DNA of 64,000 nucleotides from Polyangiaceae bacterium (GTDB taxonomy: Bacteria; Myxococcota_A; Polyangia; Polyangiales; Polyangiaceae), in NCBI GenBank assembly GCA_016712345.1, contig JADJRH010000002.1:392466-456465 (forward strand). The letters run 5' to 3'. Numbering within the stretch: the stretch's first letter is position 1; each line of letters starts with the position of its first letter. Under the pieces are notes generated by a model, which was not told where the DNA came from, made no database searches, and worked only from the letters and a program-made list of their open reading frames with translations. This document shows, piece after piece, positions 50,725-60,572 of this stretch. A program made the translations under genes and the position numbers.

Positions 50725-51524
50725 AAGTTTAACGTGGTTTGAGGTGTGATCTCACATGTACCATTGGTCAGAATGCGAATGCATCCAGCAAGCTCAATAT
50801 CGGGTAGATCCAACGATCGAGACGCCGTTTCCCACCCTTCTAGAACCACCTCGCTGTGCAGGATCGCAACACCGGCCGCCCCCGTGTTGCTCGGTTGGGT
50901 GGCCAGCACTGTCAGATCCGTGTCAGGCGGAAGAGTTGGTCCCACCACAAATACCAAACGTGCGGGGCCGTTGGCTTGATTTCCAAGAACTTCTTTAGCA
51001 AGACCATCAACTATGAGAACTCCACCCGATTCTACCCGGTAGGCCACGGGGACAACCGCAGCCTTCCCGTCGCGAACCAAAAGCATTCTCAACGCCGCCG
51101 GCTGCCCTACCATTTCAGGCTTCAGACGAGCTACGAAACGGGTGGACGGCCGCAGATGGATGGGGCCATTCTGGGGGGTATTTACCGATCGAACAGCCAC
51201 ATCCCCCGTCACTTCAAGCGCATAGTGCGGGTAAGAATCCGACGGGTTTCGAACAGCGATGTAAAGTAAAATGCCCGCTGCCAGCGCGAAGGTCGATGCA
51301 GCGACGGGCCATTTTCGGCGCCAAAAAGCGACGTTGGGGCGCACGACGGCGGCACCGGATGTTCGCGAGCGAGCGCGCTCAATGACCCTGTTTTTTTGCG
51401 CCTCATCCATGGGTAGAAGCAGGGTGGGCAATGCGCCTTTGCCGCTCTGTAACTGCTTCGCAAAGGCGTCGATTTCAGGGTCGTTTGATTGGCCGGGGGG
51501 CTCGGATTCGGTGGGCGACGTCAT
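50655..51524 (-). CDS. Putative anti-sigma factor: cytoplasmic N-terminal domain, a single TM helix and an extracytoplasmic domain.
   Basis: ATGA-coupled to the upstream ECF sigma gene. TM segment WPVAASTFALAAGILLYIAV. Confidence 0.5.
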   Translation of the reverse strand: MTSPTESEPPGQSNDPEIDAFAKQLQSGKGALPTLLLPMDEAQKNRVIERARSRTSGAAVVRPNVAFWRRKWPVAASTFALAAGILLYIAVRNPSDSYPHYALEVTGDVAVRSVNTPQNGPIHLRPSTRFVARLKPEMVGQPAALRMLLVRDGKAAVVPVAYRVESGGVLIVDGLAKEVLGNQANGPARLVFVVGPTLPPDTDLTVLATQPSNTGAAGVAILHSEVVLEGWETASRSLDLPDIELAGCIRILTNGTCEITPQTTLNLWVPFHNVQPVSGGMGSAIIKKI

Positions 51525-52198
51525 AACGGCTCTCCGGTGGTGGGTGAAACACCACGCGATGGACGCGGCGCCGCGGTACGCCTGTCCGCCCCTGCGGCCG
51601 CTGAGTCTACTCCAGCCTCCGGGGCGGAAAGCGCTCGCTTTACTTTGGCCTCCATGCGTTGAATTCGTTTGTAGGTGGCGTCCATCGACAGATGAGTTCG
51701 TGCTGCAATTTCCGCCCGCTCTACCCTTTCAAGGTAGAGCCACCGGAACAGCATCACCTCTTCAGCGTCGAGCGAATTCAGCACAGCCGCCACGGTCCTT
51801 GAGAACCCGAGCGCCGCTTCGGGTCCGCTGTCAGGTACCGCGTGCTCATCCAATTCAGAATCGGGAGTTGGGGGAGGTGTCTTTCGGCTGTGATCCCGAA
51901 TCCAACTGCGCGCCACTTCAAACACAAAGGCCTCAAGTGTACCGCGGTTTGGATCAAACAGTCGAAGCTTGTGCCAATGATCCCTGTACAGATATTCAAA
52001 CACTTCCTGTACCAAATCTTCTCGTTCAAAAAAACGCTTGGCACGACCGAAAAGGTATTTGGAAACCGCGGCGTCAATGGTGGGTAAGAGCAGCGATTCA
52101 GACAGCGAGCGTTCGGCCGCCACGTCCCCCGCGAGGGTTCGCTCCAACAAACCGAGCACCGTACTGTCGGCGGTTGGACGAGGGGCAACAGTCATCAC
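51521..52198 (-). CDS. ECF-type sigma-70 family factor.
   Basis: Region 2 (LVQEVFEYLYRDHWHKLRLFDPNRGTLEAFVFEVARSWIRD) and a region 4 HTH (FRWLYLERVERAEIAARTHLSMDATYKRIQRMEAKVKRAL). Confidence 0.85.
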   Translation of the reverse strand: MMTVAPRPTADSTVLGLLERTLAGDVAAERSLSESLLLPTIDAAVSKYLFGRAKRFFEREDLVQEVFEYLYRDHWHKLRLFDPNRGTLEAFVFEVARSWIRDHSRKTPPPTPDSELDEHAVPDSGPEAALGFSRTVAAVLNSLDAEEVMLFRWLYLERVERAEIAARTHLSMDATYKRIQRMEAKVKRALSAPEAGVDSAAAGADRRTAAPRPSRGVSPTTGEPL

Positions 52199-52267
52199 TG
52201 TGAGCGTTACAGCCCGAGGAGCATTTCTGTCAACTGCTCTTTTCTACCCACCTCACGCATGCCCCAA

Positions 52268-52292
52268 AACGGGTAGAGTGTTTCCTCGTTCC
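52268..52292 (-). promoter_or_regulatory. ECF-type promoter GGAAC-N16-CGTT about 60 nt upstream of the ECF sigma start. Candidate autoregulated promoter.
   Basis: On the minus strand, GGAAC is at 52292-52288, then 16 nt, then CGTT at 52271-52268. Confidence 0.35.
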
Positions 52293-52319
52293 AACACTCA
52301 AACCATGGGGTACGCAGTG

Positions 52320-52910
52320 CTACTTACCATCGGCACGCAATGTGTACTCAAGCTTGCGCCCCAGCCCTTTGGGCGTAAGACGCACTGTAATCACGCTTCC
52401 CCTGACCGCGCTGAGTGAAAATGTCTTCTTGTACGCGCCGTCACCTGCCGGGACCGTTTCGGTCACCAGATCAGTACAGTTGCCTTGGGCATCCAATTTG
52501 GAGATCTGAATACCGGTTTCGGCCTTGCCTCCCGTCTTTGTAATCGTCACGGTCATGTTGTCATAGTCAATCACCGGAACCGCGTTGATAAACCTGCGTT
52601 CACCCGGGTTGACCACTGTGCCCTTGAGGTCTTTGCCCAACTCAAGGTCACGCGGCCCAAGGGTGGCCCACGAATTGCCGGCCATACTGTTCCAAAACGT
52701 CTTTGCGTTTTCCACAATTTCGTTTCGTTTCGCGATGCAATCTGCGTCTTTCTTACAACCCAGTGCTTTCAGTTTGTCCTGATGGTTTTTCAGGATCTGA
52801 GCAGCCATGCTCTGACCCCCACACTCCGCTGCGGTGACCGGGGCCGGTGCGGTGGCTGTGGCAAAACCCAAAAGAGCGGCACAAACAAGAACCTTGAGCG
52901 AGCGATTCAT
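52320..52910 (-). CDS. Secreted hypothetical protein.
   Basis: Signal peptide (MNRSLKVLVCAALLGFATATA) and 4 Cys. No recognised motif. Confidence 0.5.
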   Translation of the reverse strand: MNRSLKVLVCAALLGFATATAPAPVTAAECGGQSMAAQILKNHQDKLKALGCKKDADCIAKRNEIVENAKTFWNSMAGNSWATLGPRDLELGKDLKGTVVNPGERRFINAVPVIDYDNMTVTITKTGGKAETGIQISKLDAQGNCTDLVTETVPAGDGAYKKTFSLSAVRGSVITVRLTPKGLGRKLEYTLRADGK

Positions 52911-53179
52911 GATCCTTCTCTCCTCGCACGCGCTCGGCTCACCCCTATTGTGGCCGTCTTCAGCGAGTGCGTTCTAACAATTGCTATGCACCGGCGTTGG
53001 CGGTTTGGACACGGAAGAAAAAAAAGATCTGCTTGACGGTTGTTTCGGGACCGTGGCGTCGGGCAACATTTCACGGCATTTCACGGCGCATGTTCCTAAT
53101 GCGAAGGTGATCAAGCCTCTGGTATAACGCTTTTGAAGCGGTGAAAAACACCACCGCATGCGTGTGCCGGGGCCAAGCA

Positions 53180-55576
53180 ATGAAGACATTTCTGGCGTAC
53201 GGAGCCGATGCTCGTGAGCATGCCGATCTTGCGAAGCGCGTTGCCGTCGACCTCCAAACTGCGGGTATCTGGACTGAAGTCGATCTCCTTGGAACCGCCC
53301 CGCTTGAAGGGTGGCGCGTTTGGAATGACGAACGCCTTGTCGCCGCCGATGTGGTGCTTGTTCTTGCCACCGCCCCGTTTGCGAAGCGAATTGAAGTGGC
53401 CGAAGAAAAAAACGCCGGTCGGTATGACGCCAAGCTCGCACTGCGCGCGCTGCGGGAAAAAAAGCGGGTGGTGCTTGTTGTCCCCGACGACCCTGAACTG
53501 CATCCGGCTCCGGGCTTTCTTGAAGGAAGAGTACACTTCACTTTTCCAACTCAAATGCCGGAGCTAACGGCCCACCTCCAGGAACTCGCGGGTGACCTGC
53601 CGGGTGGAGAAGCCACCGACGGTGCGCCCCTCGTTACAATGCCCGCCGCGGGGGCGCGCCGACCCACTCCCGACACCCCGTCCACAACGCGGGCTCGACG
53701 TTCACCCACGCCGCGTTCCTCCGCTGGCAAAAAGAGTACGGGTACAACCAAAACGTCGTCACCCCGTGTCGACACCTCCAACGTGGTGCGGCGTTACCTG
53801 GAAAAGGTCTGCGAAAGCTACGAAAAAGCCGAACTCGACAAAATGTTTGTCCGACCTTCGGGTGAATCGGCGGGTCGAGTGATTGTTGACTTGGTAGGTC
53901 ACACCAAATCGCTTTTGGAAACCGATCGCCGCGCTCGCGTACTTCTCCTCGGCGACTATGGAACGGGCAAATCGTGGTTCGCGCAGCGCCTCACCTACGA
54001 GTTGGCCAAGTCGGCGCTCGCGGGTGAATTGGATGCTCCACTGCCGGTATTCTTGAGTTTGTCATTTGCCCGCGGCAAACCTTCCCTTGCCAAGGCCATT
54101 GCCATGTTTTTGGCCAGGGTTGATGTTCGCGTTTCAGAACAAGACCTAATTGCGTTTCTCAAAAATTCACCCAAAGTGGTACTCATTCTCGACGGGCTCG
54201 ACGAGCTTGGCGAGCGCATCAAACGCGACGCGGCACCCAAGTTTGTAACCGCACTCAACGAGCTTTCCGCGGCCACGGGGGTCCGATCTGTAATCACCTG
54301 TAGAACAACCTTTTTCAAAGACAGCGTTGATGAAGATCAGGTGGCTGCGACTGAAAAGCTCAACCTCCGCGTTTTCGATGATCGTCAGATTGATGAATAC
54401 CTCCATCGAATGCCCAAGAGCGTCCGTGAGCCAATGGTGGACGTGCTTGATAAAACACCTCGCCTTCGCGAACTCTGCCGCACGCCTATTCACATGTTGC
54501 TCGCCCGTGAACACGTGGCCGAACGAGCCGAGTTGGGTGCCGACTTTCGACTGATTGATCTCTACGACACGTTTGTAAAGAAAAACCTCGCCGCCCACGC
54601 AACCACAAATCCGGGCTGGTCCCAAAAGGCGCGGCGCGATTTTGTGCGCAGCATCGCCTATCAAATGTTCGATGAAGGCCTTTTTGAAATGAGCACAGAA
54701 GCTCTCGAAAAGCTGCTTGCCACCGAGCTGCCCGCGGCGCCGGATGCGGAGAGAGCGCAGGCTTCTACCCAAATCGTCAACGCCAGTTTTTTCGTGCGCG
54801 CGGGAGGTGCATTCAGACCACTCCACTTCTCCTTTTTGGAGTATTTCGCCGCCGAAACGCTTGTAGAAGATCTGTATCAAGGCAAAGTGGACCGGTGGAA
54901 TCGCCGGCCCCTTTACGCTGAAGTGTTTGACTTCATGATTCAAATGATTCAGCGCCGCGGTGTCGACAAACTTCCCGTCGACGCCATTGTCCAAAGTGAA
55001 CGGGAAGAAGCCCCGTCAAACTTCCTCGCGACCATGTACCGCTGGCCCGTTCCTGAAGTGCGCCCCTACTTTGAAAAGCTGCTTCTGAACGGCAAATGGC
55101 CACTTGTTCGCGCCGTTGCATGTCAGGGAGCCGGCCTATATGACGGCGACCGCGTGATTCCATCCCTCCTTTCAGCGTTTGACAACGAGCCAAATACTGT
55201 GATTCGGGCCACGTTGCAGCGCCTTCTTGACAGAGTGCGGCCCTCGGTAACCGAGTCAGAACTGCTTTCCGGTATCAACGATCGCACAAAAATCCCTGTG
55301 AATCTGGTTGCCGATCATGCCGAAGAAATTCTTCGAACCAAACAAAACGGGTTTGCGCTGACCGCCTACAGAAAAGCCTTAATGCTCGGCGACAAGCGAC
55401 CAAGCTCCACTATTGCGGCGATTTACCTGCTGGCCGGAGTTGCCGATTCAGAATCGTATTCATCCATCCAAACGATCGCTCAAAATAGTCAACTTCCGGT
55501 TGTGCGGTTTGCCTATGAGCACGCCTCCACAATTGCACCTCTACCCCCCATCCAACAAGTGGAATCTCCTTCATGA
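53180..55576 (+). CDS. STAND NTPase: N-terminal TIR-like domain, NACHT P-loop NTPase and C-terminal HEAT/ARM-like repeats.
   Basis: TIR-like N-terminus (KTFLAY...VVLVLATAPFAKRIEVAEE). NACHT Walker A VLLLGDYGTGKSW, Walker B VVLILDGLDELG, sensor-1 ITCRTTFF. Helical repeats follow. Confidence 0.65.
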   Translation: MKTFLAYGADAREHADLAKRVAVDLQTAGIWTEVDLLGTAPLEGWRVWNDERLVAADVVLVLATAPFAKRIEVAEEKNAGRYDAKLALRALREKKRVVLVVPDDPELHPAPGFLEGRVHFTFPTQMPELTAHLQELAGDLPGGEATDGAPLVTMPAAGARRPTPDTPSTTRARRSPTPRSSAGKKSTGTTKTSSPRVDTSNVVRRYLEKVCESYEKAELDKMFVRPSGESAGRVIVDLVGHTKSLLETDRRARVLLLGDYGTGKSWFAQRLTYELAKSALAGELDAPLPVFLSLSFARGKPSLAKAIAMFLARVDVRVSEQDLIAFLKNSPKVVLILDGLDELGERIKRDAAPKFVTALNELSAATGVRSVITCRTTFFKDSVDEDQVAATEKLNLRVFDDRQIDEYLHRMPKSVREPMVDVLDKTPRLRELCRTPIHMLLAREHVAERAELGADFRLIDLYDTFVKKNLAAHATTNPGWSQKARRDFVRSIAYQMFDEGLFEMSTEALEKLLATELPAAPDAERAQASTQIVNASFFVRAGGAFRPLHFSFLEYFAAETLVEDLYQGKVDRWNRRPLYAEVFDFMIQMIQRRGVDKLPVDAIVQSEREEAPSNFLATMYRWPVPEVRPYFEKLLLNGKWPLVRAVACQGAGLYDGDRVIPSLLSAFDNEPNTVIRATLQRLLDRVRPSVTESELLSGINDRTKIPVNLVADHAEEILRTKQNGFALTAYRKALMLGDKRPSSTIAAIYLLAGVADSESYSSIQTIAQNSQLPVVRFAYEHASTIAPLPPIQQVESPS

Positions 55577-57711
55577 AATCCTCGCGCGAAGACCTGAAGT
55601 GTCGATGGAAAGCGGCTGAACAGGCGCTTGCCCAGGCCATTTCGCTCTGCGCTGCCGGAGAAAATTGGGTAGAGGCTCTGTCAGAAGTGCCCTTTGTTTC
55701 CGAGGTTCCGGGGGGTAGAGATTTTCGATTTGCGCCGCTCGGCGGGGTCACGTTTGCGGGATGTGAGCTTCACGAGGTTGACTTTACAGGTGCCGATCTG
55801 CGCGGGGCAGACTTTTCAGAAGCGATTCTAACCGCCTCCAAGTTTAATGAAATTCGCGGCGGAACAGCCGTATTCTGGCGTGCAGAAGCCCCGGGAGCGT
55901 CGTTTGCAAAGGCTGAACTGGGGGCCGCAAACCTGTATCAAGCAAACCTGAAAGGCGCCGATATGTCAGGTGCCGATCTGCGCGACGCTTATCTCGAACA
56001 AACCAATCTCCACCGCGCGGATCTTCGCAACGCCGATCTGACAGGTGCTCGTCTACCCAAAGCCAATGCGTCCAACGGTCAGCTCGACGGTGTACGTGCC
56101 GACGGAGCCGACCTAACAGAGGTCGACCTGCAACATGCTTATTTGCCCGGCAGCTCCTTTACGGGAGCCGTGCTCGCAAAAATATCGGCCATGGGCGCCG
56201 ACCTTCAAAGCGCCGACATGTGCAGCGCCGACCTGCGCGGGGCCGACTTTACGGGTGCCCGGTTCGGCGCCGCAAACCTTGATGAAGTCCAGGCGGAAGG
56301 GGCCCGTTTCGGAGGGGCGTGGCTTGCCGCTGTGAGCGCTCGGGGCGCCGATTTGCGACGCTCTGATATGTCAGGTACCGATCTTGAAGCGGCTGTTTTG
56401 GAGCACGCAAAGCTCGTTGGAGCCCGCCTTTCAGGTGCCAAACTTACCGCTGCTGTTTTGTCGGGTGCCGACTTGTCCGAGGCCGACTGCCGCAATTCGT
56501 CATGGGCAGATGCGGTGCTCGACGGCGCCAAGATGAACCGCGCGGCTCTGTATGGCAGCAGCATCTTTTTGGCGAAAGGCCTCCGCTCCGTCACCGCCAG
56601 TGAGGCCGACTTGGGCCCCACTCCAGACAGGCCGCTCTATCGATCGTGGACCGAGTTTGTGGGTAGATTGCAGGGCCTCTACGATGAAGATCAAAGCCAA
56701 AAAGGCGCTCCAAGTGAACCGCGTGCCCAAGGCAAACGCATTGAGCTGTCTCGTGGAGCAGCGCTTGGGCGATACCAGGTAGAAGATTTTTTGGGTGAAG
56801 GGGGCATGGGTAGAATTTATAGAGCGCTCGATACTCGCCTGGGTAGACGTGTGGCGCTCAAAGTTTTACTTACCACCGAACCCGGTCAAACAGGCGGAAC
56901 ACGAACCGCTCGGCTTGAACGCGAGGCGCGCGCTGCGGCGTTGATTGAGTCACCTTTTGCCGTGTCTGTATTTGACGTGGGAGAAGTGGACGGGTTGTCG
57001 TTTATCGCCATGGAACTTGTAACCGGCAAAACCCTTTCCAACTATGTGGGGGCGCTTCAACCGGGCTGGCCCATGCGCGTTCGTTGGCTCTCCCAAGTGG
57101 CAAGTGCGCTTGCGGCGGCTCATCGCGTGGGGATCATCCATCGCGATATCAAACCCGAAAACATTATGATTCGCGACGACGGAACCGCCAAAGTGCTCGA
57201 CTTTGGCATTGCGCGCAGAGCCGTTGGTACAGGTGAAACGCGCAGCGGTCCACTTGAATTTGTCGCCACAATCACCGTTGAAGGTTCACCCGTTGGAACG
57301 CCTCTCTACATGGCGCCTGAACAGCTCCGGGGAGACACTCTCGACGGGCGCACAGACCAGTTTGCCTGGGCGGTCACCGCGTATGAATTGTTGACGGGTA
57401 GACAGGCGTGGAAAGGGTCGGCATTTGCCGCCCTTGCGCGCATTCTGACCGACGAGCCGTTACAGGTTCGAGCGCTCCAGCCGCGCATTCCCGAAGGTGT
57501 GGCTCAAGTCATTCATCGAGCGCTCGCGAAACAGCCGTCGGCGCGTTTTCCAAATATGGAAGCTATCGTGGCAGAACTCGCACCGTTTGCCGCCCTACCC
57601 GATGAGCCCAACCTCCCACATTACCGTTTGGGGGACGAAATGTCACCCGCCGCAGACTTGCAACCTACCATTGGTGCTCAGGATCCCATTGCGCCGGCGG
57701 AACGCCGGTAA
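55573..57711 (+). CDS. Pentapeptide-repeat protein fused to a C-terminal Ser/Thr protein kinase. ATGA-coupled to the upstream NACHT gene.
   Basis: Over 20 A(D/N)LxxA pentapeptide units (GADLRGADFSEA, ANLKGADMSGADLRDAYLEQTNL...). Kinase motifs GEGGMGRIY, ALKVL, HRDIKPENIMI, DFGIAR and APE. Confidence 0.8.
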   Translation: MKSSREDLKCRWKAAEQALAQAISLCAAGENWVEALSEVPFVSEVPGGRDFRFAPLGGVTFAGCELHEVDFTGADLRGADFSEAILTASKFNEIRGGTAVFWRAEAPGASFAKAELGAANLYQANLKGADMSGADLRDAYLEQTNLHRADLRNADLTGARLPKANASNGQLDGVRADGADLTEVDLQHAYLPGSSFTGAVLAKISAMGADLQSADMCSADLRGADFTGARFGAANLDEVQAEGARFGGAWLAAVSARGADLRRSDMSGTDLEAAVLEHAKLVGARLSGAKLTAAVLSGADLSEADCRNSSWADAVLDGAKMNRAALYGSSIFLAKGLRSVTASEADLGPTPDRPLYRSWTEFVGRLQGLYDEDQSQKGAPSEPRAQGKRIELSRGAALGRYQVEDFLGEGGMGRIYRALDTRLGRRVALKVLLTTEPGQTGGTRTARLEREARAAALIESPFAVSVFDVGEVDGLSFIAMELVTGKTLSNYVGALQPGWPMRVRWLSQVASALAAAHRVGIIHRDIKPENIMIRDDGTAKVLDFGIARRAVGTGETRSGPLEFVATITVEGSPVGTPLYMAPEQLRGDTLDGRTDQFAWAVTAYELLTGRQAWKGSAFAALARILTDEPLQVRALQPRIPEGVAQVIHRALAKQPSARFPNMEAIVAELAPFAALPDEPNLPHYRLGDEMSPAADLQPTIGAQDPIAPAERR

Positions 57712-57723
57712 GGAGGGAAAAAC

Positions 57724-58173
57724 GTGCAAATTAACGGAATTGCGCACATTCAACTGTCTGTCACCAACTTGCAAGTTAGCCGAGCGTTTTATAAAAAACT
57801 GTTTGACCTGTTTGAAATGAAGGTCATCTTTGACGATGACACGGCATTCTACGGCGTTGGAGGTAGAACGGGTGTTGCGCTTTCACCGGTGGATGAAGCG
57901 CACAAAGAAGACCGATTTGTTCAGCGACGGGTAGGTTTGCATCACCTCTGCTTTCGCCTGCGTGCCCGTGAAGATGTAGACACTCTTTATACTTACCTTC
58001 TGGAAATGGGTGCCAAAATCATCCATGCGCCCGAAAACGGCCCCTGGGCCGAAGGGTATTATTCTGTGCTTTTTGAGGATCCCGACGGCATTCGCCTGGA
58101 AGCCAATTTCGTTCCGGGCAAAGGCAATCTCGATCCGGCTGTCCAACTTCCAAAGCCTGTTCCGCAGGTATAA
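57724..58173 (+). CDS. VOC / glyoxalase-bleomycin-resistance-family protein. GTG start.
   Basis: A paired beta-alpha-beta-beta-beta module (IAHIQLSVTNLQVSRAFY...GLHHLCFRL...). Confidence 0.75.
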   Translation: MQINGIAHIQLSVTNLQVSRAFYKKLFDLFEMKVIFDDDTAFYGVGGRTGVALSPVDEAHKEDRFVQRRVGLHHLCFRLRAREDVDTLYTYLLEMGAKIIHAPENGPWAEGYYSVLFEDPDGIRLEANFVPGKGNLDPAVQLPKPVPQV

Positions 58174-58224
58174 CAAAATTCGGGGCAAAGCTCGCGCGAG
58201 CTTGCATCTCGGAGGGGTACAATC

Positions 58225-59790
58225 ATGACACGTCTCGCATTGGTCGATCTCGATCCAGTATTACCCAATTTAACGTCTCAACTGCTGCTCCCACGCCATG
58301 ACATTCTCGCCGTTGGCACCGCGGCCTTTGCCGCGGGCAAACACGTGGATGTGTTCGTAGAAGCGTGGAACGGCGTCCCGTTCAACGACCTTGCCAACTA
58401 CAACGTTGTGGGAGCATCCGTCACCGGTTCAAGCATGAGCCGTGTGATCAAAATGTTCGCCGATATCCGTCGAAAAAGCCCCAAAACTGTGCTCATTGCC
58501 GGCGGTCCTCATGCCACCCTCATTCCGAGCGATGTGTCTGCTTTTGCCGATATCGTTATTCGAGATGAGGGGGAAGACACGCTTGTAGAAGTGTTGAACG
58601 CGATCGAAAAGGGAACCGATCCGCTGGCAATTCCAGGTGTCAGCATTCGAAAAGAAGGGCGCACCTACCATGCTCCGCGCCGCCCATTTCGAAAGGGAAA
58701 CGCTCCAAGCAATCTCTCTCTGCTGCGCGGATTTCGACGAAAGTCGCTCCTTGGTCAACTGCGTCAGGGCGGCGTTTATACAGGGTATGCAACCGCCTCG
58801 CGCGGCTGTCCTTTCCCCTGCACATTCTGCTATGAAAACATGATCGGCGGCACCGGATTCAGAAAACAGGGCATTGACGCCTTTATCGAAGACGTTCGCA
58901 ACAAGCGCGATCTCCTTGGAACCAAGAGTTTTTGGCTCGCCGACTCAAACTTTACAACCCATCCTGAACACTGCCGTCAGGTTCTCCAGGCGATTATCGA
59001 CGCCAAGCTCGGCGTCAGCTTTTCTGCCCTGTGCCGTACCGACATGGGAGATCGGCCCGAGTTACTCGATCTCATGCGTCGCGCCGGCTTTGAAAGCGCC
59101 ATTTTGGGCATTGAAGCCGTGGATGATGACACGTTGGTGCGCATCAAGAAAAAACAAACGGTGCTCGACTCAAGCCGAGCGGTGCGAGCCATTCAAAACG
59201 CGGGAATTGGTGTGTATGGGCTGTTTATGCTCGGGTTTGATCATGACACCCGCCACTCGCCCCGAGCTGTCACCGCTTTTGCCGAGGAACACAACCTGAA
59301 GGGCGTGAGCATTTACTTGCTTTGCGAATATGAGAGCCTGCCCGGCCGCACCTTACCTCGCTACCGGATTTGTGAGCGCAACTTGGACTATTATAATGGC
59401 CACTTCGTGACCACATTCCCCATGCGCGTGCGTCCGAGTCAACTGGAGCGCGCGTCGTTTGAGGCGCTTCTCGCCTACCATCCCAAAAAAGTGCTCGCCA
59501 GTCTAAAGGACCGCGACGCTGAAATGGCCGTGTTTCACGCAGCGCACTACGTTCAACTTCTGCGCATGTGGCGTGTTTCGTTGGAGCACCAAAAAACGCT
59601 CCAGCAAATTGAAGCGCCTTTTTACTCCAGAGACCATGTGCTCAACGTCGAGGCGCTGCGAAAGGCTCCCGTGGTGCCTTTGCAGCTGTCACCTGACATT
59701 ACTTCAGACTGGGAAGATCCCGATGAACTCGTTGCGCCGGCCAAACTGGTGCAGTTGAGCAAAAAGCCGCAGCCGTCTGTGGCAGCGTAA
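58225..59790 (+). CDS. B12-binding-domain radical SAM protein (class B).
   Basis: An N-terminal cobalamin-binding fold (LIAGGPHATL) and CPFPCTFC (Cx3Cx2C). Confidence 0.8.
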   Translation: MTRLALVDLDPVLPNLTSQLLLPRHDILAVGTAAFAAGKHVDVFVEAWNGVPFNDLANYNVVGASVTGSSMSRVIKMFADIRRKSPKTVLIAGGPHATLIPSDVSAFADIVIRDEGEDTLVEVLNAIEKGTDPLAIPGVSIRKEGRTYHAPRRPFRKGNAPSNLSLLRGFRRKSLLGQLRQGGVYTGYATASRGCPFPCTFCYENMIGGTGFRKQGIDAFIEDVRNKRDLLGTKSFWLADSNFTTHPEHCRQVLQAIIDAKLGVSFSALCRTDMGDRPELLDLMRRAGFESAILGIEAVDDDTLVRIKKKQTVLDSSRAVRAIQNAGIGVYGLFMLGFDHDTRHSPRAVTAFAEEHNLKGVSIYLLCEYESLPGRTLPRYRICERNLDYYNGHFVTTFPMRVRPSQLERASFEALLAYHPKKVLASLKDRDAEMAVFHAAHYVQLLRMWRVSLEHQKTLQQIEAPFYSRDHVLNVEALRKAPVVPLQLSPDITSDWEDPDELVAPAKLVQLSKKPQPSVAA

Positions 59791-59838
59791 TCTTTCCGAT
59801 CGCCCCGAGTCTTGGCGTGACGCGTCAGCCGTCGCTCT

Positions 59839-60507
59839 CTATCGGGGGGGCATGCCGCCGGGGGGACCGTAGCCCTGGGGAGGTTGGCCGTACCCTTGTT
59901 GGGGGTTCTGACCATACCCTTGTTGAGGTGCTTGGCCGTAACCTTGTTGAGGCGCCTGACCATACCCTTGTTGAGGGTTTTGACCATACCCCTGCTGGGG
60001 TGCTCCCTGTTGCATTTGACCGGGGGCCGCGTACGCCGCGTGCATGGGTTGACCCTGGTGGGGTGCACCGTACGGGTTGAGTTGACCTGCCGGGTATTGT
60101 CCACCGCCCATTTGACCCCGAAGGAAGGGGCTTTGCTCCAGGTAAGATCGAAACTCGCCGAGAAGCGGTTTCCACGCGTTATAGTAGGCAATCAAGAGAG
60201 GAATAAGCCCCATGGCCATGAGCCGCACAAGGACAGACGGGGCGAACGGGTTAAACCGGATCACCGTTGACTGCGGGGAGTGGAGGATCTTGATAGCAAT
60301 GCCTGTCCATGCGCTCTTCTTGAGAACCAGATCGGCGCCGATGAGGGCTGTTTTATACACCTCAAAACCGCGGGGCCCCCAGGCGGCCTGAAGGTCTTGC
60401 AGCAGTGTGTCAGGGGTGATGTGTGGGCTGGGCGGCAATGTGCATGTGCCGCGCGACCAGAATCCGGCGTCATTGATTTGCATGGTGCACAAGCCCTTAC
60501 GCACCAA
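59839..60507 (-). CDS. Hypothetical protein with a Q/G/Y-rich low-complexity C-terminus (about 6x PQQGYGQA). The N-terminal domain contains a TM segment.
   Basis: Tandem 24-bp DNA repeats at about 59880-60010 encode GYGQ(A/N)PQQ units. The start is possibly MQIND at about 60483. Confidence 0.5.
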   Translation of the reverse strand: MVRKGLCTMQINDAGFWSRGTCTLPPSPHITPDTLLQDLQAAWGPRGFEVYKTALIGADLVLKKSAWTGIAIKILHSPQSTVIRFNPFAPSVLVRLMAMGLIPLLIAYYNAWKPLLGEFRSYLEQSPFLRGQMGGGQYPAGQLNPYGAPHQGQPMHAAYAAPGQMQQGAPQQGYGQNPQQGYGQAPQQGYGQAPQQGYGQNPQQGYGQPPQGYGPPGGMPPR

Positions 60508-60572
60508 CCGAGCGCGGGCGCAAGAACCTTTTTAGGGCCGAGTGCTTTTTTAGTTTTCTTGAACGCTCTTTT

